Of a stretch of 45,721 nucleotides of DNA, positions 45,359 through 45,721 are shown piece after piece. Position 1 is the stretch's first letter. The number at the start of each line of letters is the position of its first letter. A program made the position numbers and the translations under genes. The stretch is from assembly GCA_030648055.1 (NCBI GenBank), contig JAUSHI010000009.1:1-45721 (forward strand), in the 5' to 3' direction. Source of the stretch: a bacterium. Lineage in GTDB: Bacteria; Patescibacteriota; Minisyncoccia; Sungbacterales; SURF-37. The notes below the pieces were generated by a model. It was not told the DNA's origin, did not search any database, and saw only the letters and a list, made by a program, of their open reading frames with translations.

Positions 45359-45721
45359 ATGTGTGGAATTGTCGGCTACATTGGAAAACAAAAAGCATTG
45401 CCGGTTTTGATGGACGGCATAAAGAATCTTGAATACCGGGGTTATGACTCGGCTGGTTTGGCTATTCTTGAAGACGATGGAAGTGTTAAAAGTGAAAAAG
45501 CGATAGGCAAGGTCGTAGCGTTGGAAGAAAAAATTTCTGGGAAAAGTTTTAACGGCCGGAGGGGTATAGTTCATTCGCGCTGGGCAACACATGGAGGGGT
45601 AACAGAGGCCAACGCTCATCCGCATGGAGACTGTTCCGGAAAAATTTGGCTTGTGCATAACGGCATTATAGAAAACTATAAAGAGCTGAAGACCGGGCTT
45701 TTGGCGTGCGGTCATAAATTT
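45359..45721 (+). CDS. glmS: Glutamine--fructose-6-phosphate aminotransferase, 5' part (runs off the window; not in the ORF track)
   Basis: MCGIVGYIG...LEYRGYDSAG...HSRWATHG...NAHPH...VHNGIIENY. Confidence 0.95.
   Translation, partial: MCGIVGYIGKQKALPVLMDGIKNLEYRGYDSAGLAILEDDGSVKSEKAIGKVVALEEKISGKSFNGRRGIVHSRWATHGGVTEANAHPHGDCSGKIWLVHNGIIENYKELKTGLLACGHKF

Noticed and set aside
45353-45715. 120-aa minus-strand ORF in the track
   Set aside because: Shadow of glmS on the plus strand.
1-45721. CRISPR array, cas genes, transposase or prophage structural genes
   Set aside because: No regularly spaced direct repeats or recognisable proteins of these kinds were seen; the repeats are dispersed inverted repeats.
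1-45721. Alternative genetic code (UGA=Gly, as in Gracilibacteria/Absconditabacteria)
   Set aside because: Conserved genes are uninterrupted under code 11, and several end properly at TGA.

Overview
A 45.7-kb chromosomal segment from a small-genome bacterium using genetic code 11, most likely Patescibacteria/CPR of the Parcubacteria type. This is inferred from gene content, SD-less genes with very short leaders, and the repeat types. It holds mainly housekeeping genes: infC-rpmI-rplT, smpB/ssrA, argS, ileS, recO, glyQS, metG, tatD, leuS, the 5' part of glmS, polX, znuC/znuB-like genes and a beta-CASP nuclease. These are interspersed with self-contained accessory gene cassettes built as sigma70 promoter, boxA-like motif, SD and terminator. 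The strongest non-gene signal is several families of small inverted-repeat insertions. Family A is six ~120-bp CCCGTTAGA...TCTAACGGG elements. Five are intact, have 4-6 bp target duplications and sit exactly on start codons (rpmI, smpB, glyQS) or -35 boxes, regenerating those signals; two create an upstream ORF ending at or next to the host start. Family B is CCCC(G/A)CAC...GTG(C/T)GGGG stems, one bracketing a GIY-YIG ORF and one carrying a complete tRNA-Arg nested inside a second, broken tRNA gene. There are also ~30-bp hairpin repeats inserted in-frame in tatD, in tmRNA and in tRNA genes. Other oddities are an accessory operon with tRNA-Ile(UAU)/Lys(UUU)/Leu(UAA), a histidine-phosphatase domain inserted in IleRS, an RNase H-like/WYL fusion, an elongated tmRNA with a 27-residue tag, and an ATC start for infC. 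All calls were made by eye; no searches were run.
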